This document shows, one piece after another, positions 15,926 through 25,700 of a stretch of DNA of 63,080 nt; the first letter of the stretch is position 1, and each line of letters begins with the position of its first letter. Both the position numbers and the translations under genes were made by a program. The DNA is from Dehalococcoidia bacterium (GTDB taxonomy: Bacteria > Chloroflexota > Dehalococcoidia > Dehalococcoidales > JAUYDJ01), in the NCBI GenBank assembly GCA_020353235.1, contig CP070693.1, positions 12,847-75,926 on the forward strand. Reading direction: 5' to 3'. The notes under the pieces were generated by a model. The model was not told where the DNA came from and ran no database searches. It was given only the letters and a program-made list of their open reading frames with translations.

Positions 15926-17146
15926 ATGGTTTTAGAAAAAGCAAAAATTGGTGAGGAGCACGAAGCACTCATGAGCGGGTGCGAGGCTATCGCCGTTGCT
16001 CTGGCTCTGGCTGACGTGGATGTCCTTACCGGCTATCCCATTCGACCCTACGACACAGTCATTAACTTCATAGCCAGGCTCATTGCTGATGGGCAGATGG
16101 ACGCCGATTTAATCCACGCCGAAGGGGAACACTCCCAGTTTGAGATTGTCAAGCACGCCTGTGTTTCCGGAGCTAGGGTATTCACCGGTTCCAGCGGCGT
16201 CGGCTGGGTCTTCGCCATGGAACCCCTCGTCGTCACGCCGCCAGCACGCATCCCGGTAGTAGCTATCTGCGGTAACCGAGCTGTTGATGACCCCGGTGCC
16301 TTCGGCTGCGAGCACAATGACCAGTATCTGGTGCGCGATATAGGCTGGATGATATGCTGGGCGGACACGGCTCAGGAAGCATTGGACTTAATTCTGATGT
16401 CCTACCGGGTAGCCGAAGACCCCAGGGTTTTCCTCCCCTGTTCATTGGGAGTGGACGGCTCATTCCTCACCCACGCCATGAACATTGTCAAGCTACCCAG
16501 CAAGGCGCAAGTTGACAAGTTCCTGCCGCGCTATGACCGTGGCAAACTACGCCTTCACCCTGACAATCCCATATCCGTCGCCGTTCAGGTAAACGAGGAC
16601 TGGCTCCAGGAGCTGCGCCGGACTGTCAATGAGGGTGCGATAACTTCCAAGGCAGTAGTCGAGCAAGCCGCCAAGGAGTTCTACCAGATCTTCGGCCGAC
16701 AGAAGGATCCTTTCTTTGAGCAGTACATGACTGAAGACGCTGATATGGTTTTGGTCGGTGCCGGAACTCTCTCCCTATCAGTCCGGGCAAATGTCCGCAA
16801 GCTGAGAAAGGAAGGGAAGAAAGTCGGCTTCGTCCGCATGAAGTGGCTACGCCCCTTCGCTGCGGAAGAGGTCCGCGAATGCCTGTCCCGATTCAAGGCA
16901 GTCGGTGTTATTGACCGTGACTACTCCTACGGCTCAGGCGACTTCGGTGGCATAATGTTCCACGAAATGCGCTCCGCCCTTTATACCGCCAAGAAGCAAC
17001 CCCTAGTCTCCAACTTCATCTGCGGGCTGGGCGGTCGTGAGATCTACGAGGCGGATGTCCGAGAGATGGTGAAAATCATGGAGGACAGCATTAAGGCTGG
17101 TACAGTGAAGACCCCCGTTACCTGGGTCGGAACTAGATCGAGATAG
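15926..17146 (+). CDS. 2-oxoacid:ferredoxin oxidoreductase alpha subunit
   Basis: MSGCEAIAVALALADVDVLTGYPIRPYDT is an N-terminus in the style of PorA/VorA. 406 aa. Confidence 0.85.
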   Translation: MVLEKAKIGEEHEALMSGCEAIAVALALADVDVLTGYPIRPYDTVINFIARLIADGQMDADLIHAEGEHSQFEIVKHACVSGARVFTGSSGVGWVFAMEPLVVTPPARIPVVAICGNRAVDDPGAFGCEHNDQYLVRDIGWMICWADTAQEALDLILMSYRVAEDPRVFLPCSLGVDGSFLTHAMNIVKLPSKAQVDKFLPRYDRGKLRLHPDNPISVAVQVNEDWLQELRRTVNEGAITSKAVVEQAAKEFYQIFGRQKDPFFEQYMTEDADMVLVGAGTLSLSVRANVRKLRKEGKKVGFVRMKWLRPFAAEEVRECLSRFKAVGVIDRDYSYGSGDFGGIMFHEMRSALYTAKKQPLVSNFICGLGGREIYEADVREMVKIMEDSIKAGTVKTPVTWVGTRSR

Positions 17147-17164
17147 AGGAGGTTTAACAGAACA

Positions 17165-18163
17165 ATGACGATGACAATGGAGTTCGAACGGATTCGCGGG
17201 GTTAAGGCTGCCCCTCTACCAGAAATGTATACTTCTGGCCACCGCACCTGCCAAGGTTGCGATTCAGCCCTAAACTGCCGCTACGTAGCCAAGGCAGCCG
17301 GCCCCAGGAGCATCGTGCTCGGGGCCACCGGCTGTATGTATGTCGCCAACACCAGTTACTACAGCACCCCCTGGGCAATACCGTGGATGCACACCCAGCT
17401 GGGTGCCACCGGATCGGCAGTTCTGGGGGTAGCTGTTAGCCTAAAGGTACAGATGCGCAAGGGCAAGATTAAGAATGAGCCCATCAATGTCATTGGCATC
17501 GGCGGTGACGGCGGTGTGGCCGATATGGGCCTCTCGGCAGTCTCAGCCACCCTTACCTGGCCTGAATACGACTCCCTGATTGTGATGTACGACAACGAGT
17601 CCTACGCCAACACTGGTGTTCAGGTATCCTGCCAGACCCCATATGGCGCCCACACCACTTTCAGCCCGGTGGGGACAGTAAAACCCATCATGCACAAGCG
17701 CTGGAAGAAAAACACCGCTGCCATGATGGCGGCCGGTCATCCTGAATGCCGCTACGTTGCCTCCGCCTGCACCGCCTACCCGGTTGACCTGATGAACAAG
17801 GTGCGGCGGGCGCTTTCCATTAGCGGACCGACCTTCGTTGCTATCCTGTGTCCATGCCCCAAGGGGTGGGATTTTGACCCCAGGTACTCCCATGAGATGG
17901 GAGAGATGGCCTGCAAGTCAGGTATGTGGGCTAACTGGGAGATGGAAGATGGGAAGCTGACCTTCCAGACACCAACCTCGGGCATCATCAAAGGGATGGT
18001 GCAGAGGATGCCAGTGGCTGACTACCTGCTAAGGCAGGGACGCTTTGACCACCTTAGGAAAGAAGACTTTGACCACATCCAAAAGCAACTGGACAAGATT
18101 TGGGGTGAGTGGGGAATTCCAGCAATACTTCCCTTTAAGGTTGCAGAGGGTGAACTAGCATAA
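17165..18163 (+). CDS. 2-oxoacid:ferredoxin oxidoreductase beta subunit (TPP-binding)
   Basis: CQGCDS...GATGCM...CPCPKG cysteine set. TPP motif GIGGDGGVADMG...YDNESYANTG. Confidence 0.88.
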   Translation: MTMTMEFERIRGVKAAPLPEMYTSGHRTCQGCDSALNCRYVAKAAGPRSIVLGATGCMYVANTSYYSTPWAIPWMHTQLGATGSAVLGVAVSLKVQMRKGKIKNEPINVIGIGGDGGVADMGLSAVSATLTWPEYDSLIVMYDNESYANTGVQVSCQTPYGAHTTFSPVGTVKPIMHKRWKKNTAAMMAAGHPECRYVASACTAYPVDLMNKVRRALSISGPTFVAILCPCPKGWDFDPRYSHEMGEMACKSGMWANWEMEDGKLTFQTPTSGIIKGMVQRMPVADYLLRQGRFDHLRKEDFDHIQKQLDKIWGEWGIPAILPFKVAEGELA

Positions 18164-18230
18164 GTAAGGAGGTGATGCGCAAAGACAAACAAGTTTTTCC
18201 CCTTTTTCCCGACACCGAATCTCTTTAAAA

Positions 18231-18246
18231 TCTTTAGTACTAAAGA
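18231..18246. repeat. Perfect 16-bp palindrome TCTTTAGTACTAAAGA between the OFOR beta gene and tctC
   Basis: Direct reading. Extends to an imperfect palindrome of about 28 bp (TTAAAATCTTTAGTACTAAAGAATTTAA). Confidence 0.9.
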
Positions 18247-18277
18247 ATTTAAAAGGAGGTCGAAAGGAGGTAAATCG

Positions 18278-19357
18278 GTGAGAAAGAGATTACTACTAAT
18301 CCCGCTGGTCCTGATACTGTCTGTAGGCTTGGTCGCCACCGGTTGTGCGCCCGAACCAGCCGCGCCAGCTGCACCAGCAGCTCCAGCGGCACCAGCAGCG
18401 CCAGCAGAACCAGCAGCGCCAGCAGAACCAGCGGCTCCAGCCGCTAGGGCATGGCCAGAGCGACCCATTGAGTTCGTCATTCTGGCTGGCGTCGGCGGCG
18501 GCGCTGACCAGTACGCCCGCTTTATGACCGGCATCAACCTGAAGAAGCACTATATTGACGTGGACCTACTGCCGGTTAACCGAACTGGCGGCTCCGGTGC
18601 GGTAGCCATGGACTACGTGTTGAAGCAGGAAGGGAATGACTACTGTATCCTGATTACCCTCAACAGCTTCATCACCACACCCCTGTTCCAGGACCTACCG
18701 TTTAGCTACAAGGACTTCACCGATGTAGCTATCCTGGCCCTGGACAACTTTGTCCTCTGGGTGAACAACGACCGACCATGGCAGACCTTTGCCGAGTTCA
18801 TAGCCGACGCCCAGGCAGAGAGCATTGAGGTCTGCGGCACCGGGACCAAGATTGAAGACGAGACGCTGTGGAACAGCATCGCGATGGTGTACGACACCCA
18901 GCCGTTTGTCTATGTTCCCTACCCGGGCGGTGGTGATGTCGCCAAGGCGCTAGCCGGCAACCACCACGCCGCCACGGTGAACCAGGTGAGCGAGGCGTAC
19001 CCCTACTTCCCCGACTACGTCCGACCGCTGGTTGTCTTCCAGCCGGCAGCGCTGACCGTTCCCGGTCTGGAGAACGTACCCACCTCTGACAAGGCTGACC
19101 CCGCCTCTGACCTTGAGTACTACCAGATCCGAGGCATCATGGCGGCGCCGGGTATCTCCGATGCAGCCCATGAAGGCATCGTCGGCCTATTCGCTGACAT
19201 CGATAAGGACCCCGACTGGTCGTCATTCCTTGAGGAAGTTGGCATTCGCCAGGTCTTCATCACCGGCGACGATTGCTGGGACTTCTGGGATAAGCAGCAG
19301 GCCTTGCACGAAGAACTCTTTGCGAATTTGGGCTGGCTGGGAGCAGGAGCCGAATAA
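18278..19357 (+). CDS. tctC: Tripartite tricarboxylate transporter substrate-binding lipoprotein (TctC/Bug family)
   Basis: Lipobox LVATGC, then a (PAA)n tether, then a Bug-family-like body (PGG..GG...A, VPY.GGG). Followed by tctB and tctA. Confidence 0.8.
   Translation: MRKRLLLIPLVLILSVGLVATGCAPEPAAPAAPAAPAAPAAPAEPAAPAEPAAPAARAWPERPIEFVILAGVGGGADQYARFMTGINLKKHYIDVDLLPVNRTGGSGAVAMDYVLKQEGNDYCILITLNSFITTPLFQDLPFSYKDFTDVAILALDNFVLWVNNDRPWQTFAEFIADAQAESIEVCGTGTKIEDETLWNSIAMVYDTQPFVYVPYPGGGDVAKALAGNHHAATVNQVSEAYPYFPDYVRPLVVFQPAALTVPGLENVPTSDKADPASDLEYYQIRGIMAAPGISDAAHEGIVGLFADIDKDPDWSSFLEEVGIRQVFITGDDCWDFWDKQQALHEELFANLGWLGAGAE
18350..18445 (+). repeat. Tandem 9-nt (Pro-Ala-Ala/Pro-Ala-Glu) repeat encoding the TctC tether
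   Basis: Encodes PEPAAPAAPAAPAAPAAPAEPAAPAEPAAPAA. CCAGC(N)GC(N) units are repeated about 10 times. Confidence 0.95.
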
Positions 19358-19424
19358 CTTTTGCCGATTCGGCCTAGATCAGGTGCAGGGCTGGTTTAAC
19401 CAGCCCTGCACCCTATAGGAGTGT

Positions 19425-19901
19425 TTGATGCGAACTGCAGAGATAGTTATTGCTTTAACATTCATAGGTCTTGGCATCGTATGTCTCATGGACGCCCTCA
19501 GGCTCGGTATTAGTGCCGTCGGCACCAACGGCCCGCAAGCTGGCTTTATCATCTTCTGGCTAGGTATACTCCAGCTCCTTATGGCTGGAGTAATCATGTT
19601 CCAGGGCCTCAGGCGTAAGAAAACTGAGGAGACCTTCTTCATCAACCGAGAATCAATGATAGGCGCCGGCTACGTGGCATTGACCTCGGGTTTCTTCTGC
19701 CTGATGATGCAGCTTGTGGGGACATACATTGCCATCTTTGTTTATTGCCTCGTGTTCAGCTGGTGGCTCGGAAAGTGTCGCTGGTTTACAATCATAGCGC
19801 TACCGGTGATATTGACCGTAGCCTTTTATTACGGCTTTGAGCAAGGACTGATGATTCCCCTGCCCAAGAGTCCGTGGTATGTATTAGGGTTCCCCGTTTA
19901 G
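19425..19901 (+). CDS. tctB: Tripartite tricarboxylate transporter small membrane subunit (TctB-like)
   Basis: 158 aa with four hydrophobic helices. Sits between tctC and tctA. Confidence 0.7.
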   Translation: MMRTAEIVIALTFIGLGIVCLMDALRLGISAVGTNGPQAGFIIFWLGILQLLMAGVIMFQGLRRKKTEETFFINRESMIGAGYVALTSGFFCLMMQLVGTYIAIFVYCLVFSWWLGKCRWFTIIALPVILTVAFYYGFEQGLMIPLPKSPWYVLGFPV

Positions 19902-19904
19902 GAG

Positions 19905-21443
19905 GTGTTGATGGAAGTTTTAGCAGAGTCAATACGTAACCTGATGGTAGGATTTGGGGTAGCGTTAAGCCCCCTAGGTATAGTTTTTGTGACCCTGGGG
20001 TGTATCCTGGGGTTAGTTGTTGGCGTACTACCCGGGCTTGGTGGCACCGCCGGGGTAGCCCTGCTACTACCGCTGAGTATCTTGGTCCCCCGCGAGATTG
20101 GCATCATGTTCCTGGCCGCCATCTACTGGGGTGCCCTCTACGGGGGCGTCATCACCTCTATCCTGTTTGCCATCCCCGGGGAGCCGTGGTCAGTGGCGCT
20201 CATCTTTGATGGCTACCCGATGGCGAAGAAGGGAAACCCGGGGCTGGCACTGAGCGCCGCCTTCTTCTCCTCCTTCTTCGGGATGGTTATCGGAGCCATT
20301 ATTACAGTCCTGGCCGCCCTGCCCATTGCCCTGTTTGCCCTCAGGTTTGGCCCGCCGGAAATGTTCGCCATCATGATGCTGGCGTTCAGCACCTTTGTCG
20401 GGCTGGGTAGAGGCTCAGCCTGGAAGACACTGCTATGCACTGCCTTCGGGCTGTTATTGACCACAGTGGGGCTTGATATTGTCACCGGCCAGCCGCGCCT
20501 TACCTTCGGTTCCATCATGTTTCTGAGCGGCTTTCACTTCGTGCCGGTAACCGTCGGTCTCTTTGGTCTGGGTGAAATCCTGGTTAACGCCGAGGAGAGG
20601 ATAGGGCTGAAACTGGAGAAGATTGCCGCCCGGATGGGAAAGAAGGACTTCAAGGACGGCCTGCTGTCGCTATGGCAGCGCAAGTGGATTACCATTATGG
20701 GCACTACCCTCGGTTTCTTCATCGGCGTACTGCCCGGCACGGGGGCAACACCAGCCTCCTTCGTTGGCTATGGCCTGGCCAAGCAATACTCCAGTGACCC
20801 GGATAAGTACGGCGAGGGCACCATCGAGGGAATTATTGCCCCTCAGTCAGCGGCGCAATCAGCCGGCATTGGTTCAATCTTGCCCCTAGTTACCCTGGGT
20901 ATTCCCGGCTCCCCCACCGCGGCTGTTTTGATGGCTGCCCTGTTTATGTATGGCTTATGGCCTGGACCCAGGATGTTCATTGAGGAGACCGAGTTTGTCT
21001 GGGGGTTAATTGCCAGCCTGTTCATCGCTAATGCGGTCTGCCTGATTATCTGCCTGGCGGGGGCACCCGCCCTGGCCGCCATCATGAGAGTTCCCTGGGG
21101 TATCCTGACCCCGATAATCGTGGTCGCCCTGGTAATGGGCGGCTATGCCATGCGGAACTTCATGTTTGACGTATGGCAGGTCTTTGTCTTCGGCGTACTC
21201 GGCTATGTCATGAAGAAGCTGAAGTACCCGCTCGCTCCACTAGCCGTGGCACTGGTGCTCGGCGCCATGACCGAACGCGACCTGCGCCAGGCTCTGATTA
21301 TGGGGAGGGGTTCACCCGCTATTCTCTTCGAACGCCCCATCAGTGCCACAGTTCTGGTTATTGCGGTTCTCCTGTTTGCGGCCCCTCTCATGAAACCAGT
21401 GTTTGCTAAGATACGAGCGGCGAGGCAACCCAAGGCATCATAG
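19905..21443 (+). CDS. tctA: Tripartite tricarboxylate transporter large permease (TctA)
   Basis: 512-aa polytopic protein with typical TctA segments (GVLPGLGG, GVLPGTGAT, IPGSPTAAVL). Confidence 0.88.
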   Translation: MLMEVLAESIRNLMVGFGVALSPLGIVFVTLGCILGLVVGVLPGLGGTAGVALLLPLSILVPREIGIMFLAAIYWGALYGGVITSILFAIPGEPWSVALIFDGYPMAKKGNPGLALSAAFFSSFFGMVIGAIITVLAALPIALFALRFGPPEMFAIMMLAFSTFVGLGRGSAWKTLLCTAFGLLLTTVGLDIVTGQPRLTFGSIMFLSGFHFVPVTVGLFGLGEILVNAEERIGLKLEKIAARMGKKDFKDGLLSLWQRKWITIMGTTLGFFIGVLPGTGATPASFVGYGLAKQYSSDPDKYGEGTIEGIIAPQSAAQSAGIGSILPLVTLGIPGSPTAAVLMAALFMYGLWPGPRMFIEETEFVWGLIASLFIANAVCLIICLAGAPALAAIMRVPWGILTPIIVVALVMGGYAMRNFMFDVWQVFVFGVLGYVMKKLKYPLAPLAVALVLGAMTERDLRQALIMGRGSPAILFERPISATVLVIAVLLFAAPLMKPVFAKIRAARQPKAS

Positions 21444-21664
21444 TCTTAAAACTGGCTGGTATTTTAGCCAAAAGGGAAAAATACGGGGGGAATGAGACCT
21501 GAATGAGTAAAGACGGGTGTTGTTCCCCCCTCCCAGAAAACGGGGATTTTAGAGGGTTGCTGTCCGGGCTAGACTTATTGGATTTGCCCAAGCAAGCTGA
21601 GGAGATTTAAGTCCCTAGCTATTCCGACAAGGTATTATCCGGTGGCTAAATGCAAATAGTGGCA

Positions 21665-21693
21665 TTGACACCACTTCAGAAGGAGAGTAAACT
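21665..21693 (+). promoter_or_regulatory. Candidate promoter (TTGACA-17 nt-TAAACT) for the CbbQ/NorQ-VWA pair
   Basis: TTGACA at 21665..21670 and TAAACT at 21688..21693. Confidence 0.35.
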
Positions 21694-21739
21694 ATATGTG
21701 GCAAGAATCAGCTAGGATTCTTGGAGGGGTTGATATTAG

Positions 21740-22627
21740 ATGAGTACCGAGGAGACAAAAGAACTATACCAAGAATACCGAGTTGAGGAATATCTTCCTA
21801 CTGAAGAGCCCTTCTATGTAGCGGCTGCCGACGAAATTAAGATATTTGAAGCCGCTTACCAGCAGAGAATACCGGTTTTGCTGAAGGGACCCACCGGCTG
21901 CGGCAAGACCAGATTTCTGGAGTATATGGCTCACCGGCTTGGTCAGTCGTTAATCACCGTGAAGACGACCCCCAAAGGCGGTGACCAACACCCCCTGCCC
22001 TTGGTGACCATCGCCTGTCACGAGGACTTGACCGGAACTGACCTAGTCGGCCGATACCTGCTGAAGGGAGGCGAAACCGCCTGGATTGATGGCCCACTGG
22101 CGAGAGCCGCCAAGGTAGGCGCTATCTGTTATCTCGATGAGATTGTTGAGGCGCGTAAGGATACTACCGTCATTATCCACCCCCTGACCGACCACCGCAG
22201 GATATTGCCGGTAGAAAAAAAGGGAGAGGTCATCCGGGCTCACGATAACTTCCTGCTGGTGCTTTCCTATAACCCGGGCTACCAGAGTGCCCTCAAGGAC
22301 CTGAAGCAAAGCACCCGGCAGAGATTTATTGCCATTGAGTTTGACTATCTACCCCGTGACCTGGAGAAGAAGGTCATCGCCCACGAAGGTGCTACCTCAG
22401 AGGAGATAGCCTCAGACCTGGCCGTTCTGGGGGAAAAGATGCGGCACCTCAAGGAGTACGGTTTACAGGAGGGAGCCAGCACCCGTCTTCTCATCTACAC
22501 CGCCAAGCTGATTGAGAGTGGTATCAGCCCTCGCCGTGCCTGTCAGGTAGCCGTGGTCTGGGCGTTAAGTGATGACCCTGAGGTACAGCAGAGCCTTGAG
22601 GAAACAGTATCCGCCATCTTCAAGTAA
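21740..22627 (+). CDS. MoxR-class AAA+ ATPase of the CbbQ/NirQ/NorQ/GvpN family
   Basis: LLKGPTGCGKTRFLEYMA Walker A. ICYLDEIVEA Walker B. PLVTIACHEDLTGTDLVGRY is typical of CbbQ/NorQ. Confidence 0.88.
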   Translation: MSTEETKELYQEYRVEEYLPTEEPFYVAAADEIKIFEAAYQQRIPVLLKGPTGCGKTRFLEYMAHRLGQSLITVKTTPKGGDQHPLPLVTIACHEDLTGTDLVGRYLLKGGETAWIDGPLARAAKVGAICYLDEIVEARKDTTVIIHPLTDHRRILPVEKKGEVIRAHDNFLLVLSYNPGYQSALKDLKQSTRQRFIAIEFDYLPRDLEKKVIAHEGATSEEIASDLAVLGEKMRHLKEYGLQEGASTRLLIYTAKLIESGISPRRACQVAVVWALSDDPEVQQSLEETVSAIFK

Positions 22628-22710
22628 GCCTTTTCCTCTTAATACCGCCTCAAGTGGAATTAGAGTACCGTTAATTAAACTTTAAGTAAGATGGGACATG
22701 AGGAGAAGCG

Positions 22711-25700
22711 ATGAAGATGGAATTTGCTGAGTTGGAAAAAGAGCTCGAGCACTTCTCCAAAAAAGTTGCTGAGCATTTCCGGGCTTCAACCAAGCTCTTG
22801 AAGAAGCGCCTGCCCCCAGAGGAAGTGAGTCAGTGGGCGGAGGTGGGGATGGATATGGCCCGGAACTGCTACAAGAGCTGGGATGCCGTCAGCGAGTATT
22901 TCAAGGCAACTCCTCAAGTCCTAGACCATCTCGACTTCGCCAAACTCATCTCCTGGGCAGACAGCGGTCGCAAGCTCTGCCAAGATGACGCCTCACTGGC
23001 CACAGCCTACTTTAAGTCAAGCCCCCAGACGCTGAGTTATCTTCCTACCGAGAATCTGACCGAGTGGGCTAAGCTGGGGCAAAGCCTTTATCAGGGAGAC
23101 TGGAAGTCAACTGCCCTCGCCGTCAAGTTCTTTAGCGACAGCCCCAAGCTGATCCGCTGGCTTAGCCTGGATGAGTTAAAGCAATTTACCCGACTGGTCA
23201 ATTCCCTAGCCCGGCAGCAGCACTATGACATGGCCAATGAATTAATAGATTCCGCCAAAGGGGTGTTACCGGGAATCGCCGCCGAGGACCGCAAGCAGTT
23301 CATCGCTCTGGGCACCGCCATCGCCAACATAGGCAGCAAAGACATCTGGGCATACATTAAGTGCTGTCCCCAGGCCCTATCCCAGGTCAGCAGTGGACTG
23401 CGGGGCAGGTTTCTCACTTTAACCGAGCAGATGATCAAACTGAAACCGGAAGATGCCACCGACTTTTTCGCTGATGGTGCCGAGGCGCTGGGCAAGGTGA
23501 AACATGAGCTGCATGCTGAGGTCCTGCAGCGGTTTGAAGAACTGATGAAGAAGTCACTGCCGGCAGCTATTGAATTCCTGAAGAGCTCTCCGGTGGTACT
23601 GCGCCGGATAAACAGCAAAGATTTAGGGGAATGGTTTGAAGCCGGCGTCAGAATACTGGGCCGGAACGAAGATGAGGGCATCGCCTACTTCCAGCTGAAG
23701 TCAGACCGAGGCGAGGCTATCCTTGACCAGCTCGCCCCCGGCGCTGACCTGGCTTCGTTCAAAGAAATACTGCACCGATACTGTAAGGCGCTAACCGGCA
23801 AGGATGTCGAGATTGTTCCCGAGGACGAGACACTGGAGGAGACCATTAGCTGGACCCAAGCCGAGAGACTCTCCCCGGAGGGGACTATCGTTTACCTGCC
23901 CTCCCACGTTAAGAGATACCCCACCAAAGAAGAGAACTTTGCCTGGCTAAAGGTGATTGTCACCCAGCAAGCCGGACACCTTGAATTTGGCAGCCAGGAG
24001 TTCACCTTTGATAAACCATCCCAGTTCTTTGATGACATGCGTCCGCACCTGCCGGAGCCAAGCAAAGAAGAGGAGGAAGAGGAAGAAGAGCCACTGACCG
24101 ATTTAGAACGTTTCTTCCGCTCATTCCAAGACATTAAACTGGCTAAAGCCATCTTTAATGTGGTTGAGGATGCCCGGATTGACCATATCCTGAAGCAGGA
24201 GTACAAGGGGCTGAGCGATACCTACCAGCAGATTCAGCGCGATGAACTTAAACTGAGACGCCCTCTCCACCTGCTGCGCTTCAGAGAAGCCCTGGTATGG
24301 CTCCTGATTGACCTCACCCTGGAGAAACTGGAAGATATCCTCGTTCCAGAGGAAGGAGCTCCCTTCTTTAAATCGGCGGCCCCGATTCTGGGCAAAGTCC
24401 TATCCACCAAGGCTACCGTGGAGGATTCCGCTGAGGCTACCATCCGCCTCTATTCCATCGTGAACAAAGCCCCCAACCTGATATTCCCCCCCGAAGCGTG
24501 GCAGGTCACCGAAACAGCTACCGGGGAAAAAAAAACTAAAAAAACGGTGACCCCCGTTCCCGAGCCTTCCATTGAGAACCTGGAGGTCAAGGGCGAAGAA
24601 GGCCCTTCCGAAGACCGCGAGACCAGGGAAGTTGAGATTACCCTGAAGGACGTGGCTGACGGCAAAATCCCCCTCGGACTTATCTACACCGTTTATTACG
24701 AACCGGAGGAAATGGAAGCCACCGATGCTGAAGGCTGGGATGCCCCACCCACCGAGGAGCCAGAGCAGGTTTACTACTACGATGAGTGGGACTATGCCGC
24801 TGGTGCCTACCGACCGAACTGGTGCACCATTAAGGAAAGAACACTGGAAGAGAGCGCTGAGGACTTTGTGCAGAAAACGAACAAAGAGAACCCGCTACTG
24901 GTGGAACAGATAAAGTCCCAGTTTCAGGTCCTAGAACTGGGCCACCTCAAAAAGATAAAGAAACTCCCTGATGGCGAAGGACTCGACCTTGATGACGCTA
25001 TCCAGGCCATAGTGGACCGGAAGTCGGGGGCTACCCCCGATGAGAAGATTTACTGGCGAAAACAGAAGGTAGAGAGAGACGTGTGCGTCGCTCTGCTGCT
25101 GGACATGAGTGCCTCAACCGCAGAACCGGTTGATATGAGTGAACTGAAACTGGGCGCCGTATTGCCACCGGGAATGATGCCCAAGCGGATTATCGATGTC
25201 GCCAAGGAAAGTATCTCCCTGCTCATTGGAGCCCTAGAAACCATCGGTGATAAATACGGCATCTATGGTTTTTCCAGCTACGGTCGGGAGCACATCAACT
25301 TCTCCATCATCAAGGAGATTGATGAGTCCTTCTCCCCCAAGGTGGGCAAAAGGATTGACCAGATTTCACCCCTCCACGCCACCAGAATGGGACCGGCAAT
25401 ACGCCACGCCACCGCCAAGCTGGAAGCGAAGGATGCCAAAAACAGAATCCTGTTCCTCATCAGCGACGGCAGACCCCGGGATCTGGAGTATGGCAAGGGC
25501 CACGCCGATAAAGAATACGCCATGCACGACACCAAGATGGCTTTCACTGAAGCGGCCCGCAAAGGCATTGCTCCCTTCTGCCTTACTGTGGATAAAGAGG
25601 GGCACGACTATATGAGGGACATGATGTCCAGTGATATGGGGTATGAGGTGGTGGATGATATCAAACTACTCCCGGAACGCCTCCCCCAGCTCTATCGGCG

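Noticed and set aside
18022-18537. 171-aa minus-strand ORF with (AGA)n repeats
   Set aside because: It is the reverse complement of the (PAA)n tether of TctC. It spans the OFOR-tctC intergenic region and has no start context.
21503-21610. 35-codon ORF (MSKDGCCSPLPENGDFRGLLSGLDLLDLPKQAEEI) in the tctA-cbbQ spacer, considered as a possible small peptide or RiPP precursor
   Set aside because: The RBS is weak or absent, no modifying enzymes are nearby, and an ORF of this length is expected by chance. I have not called it.
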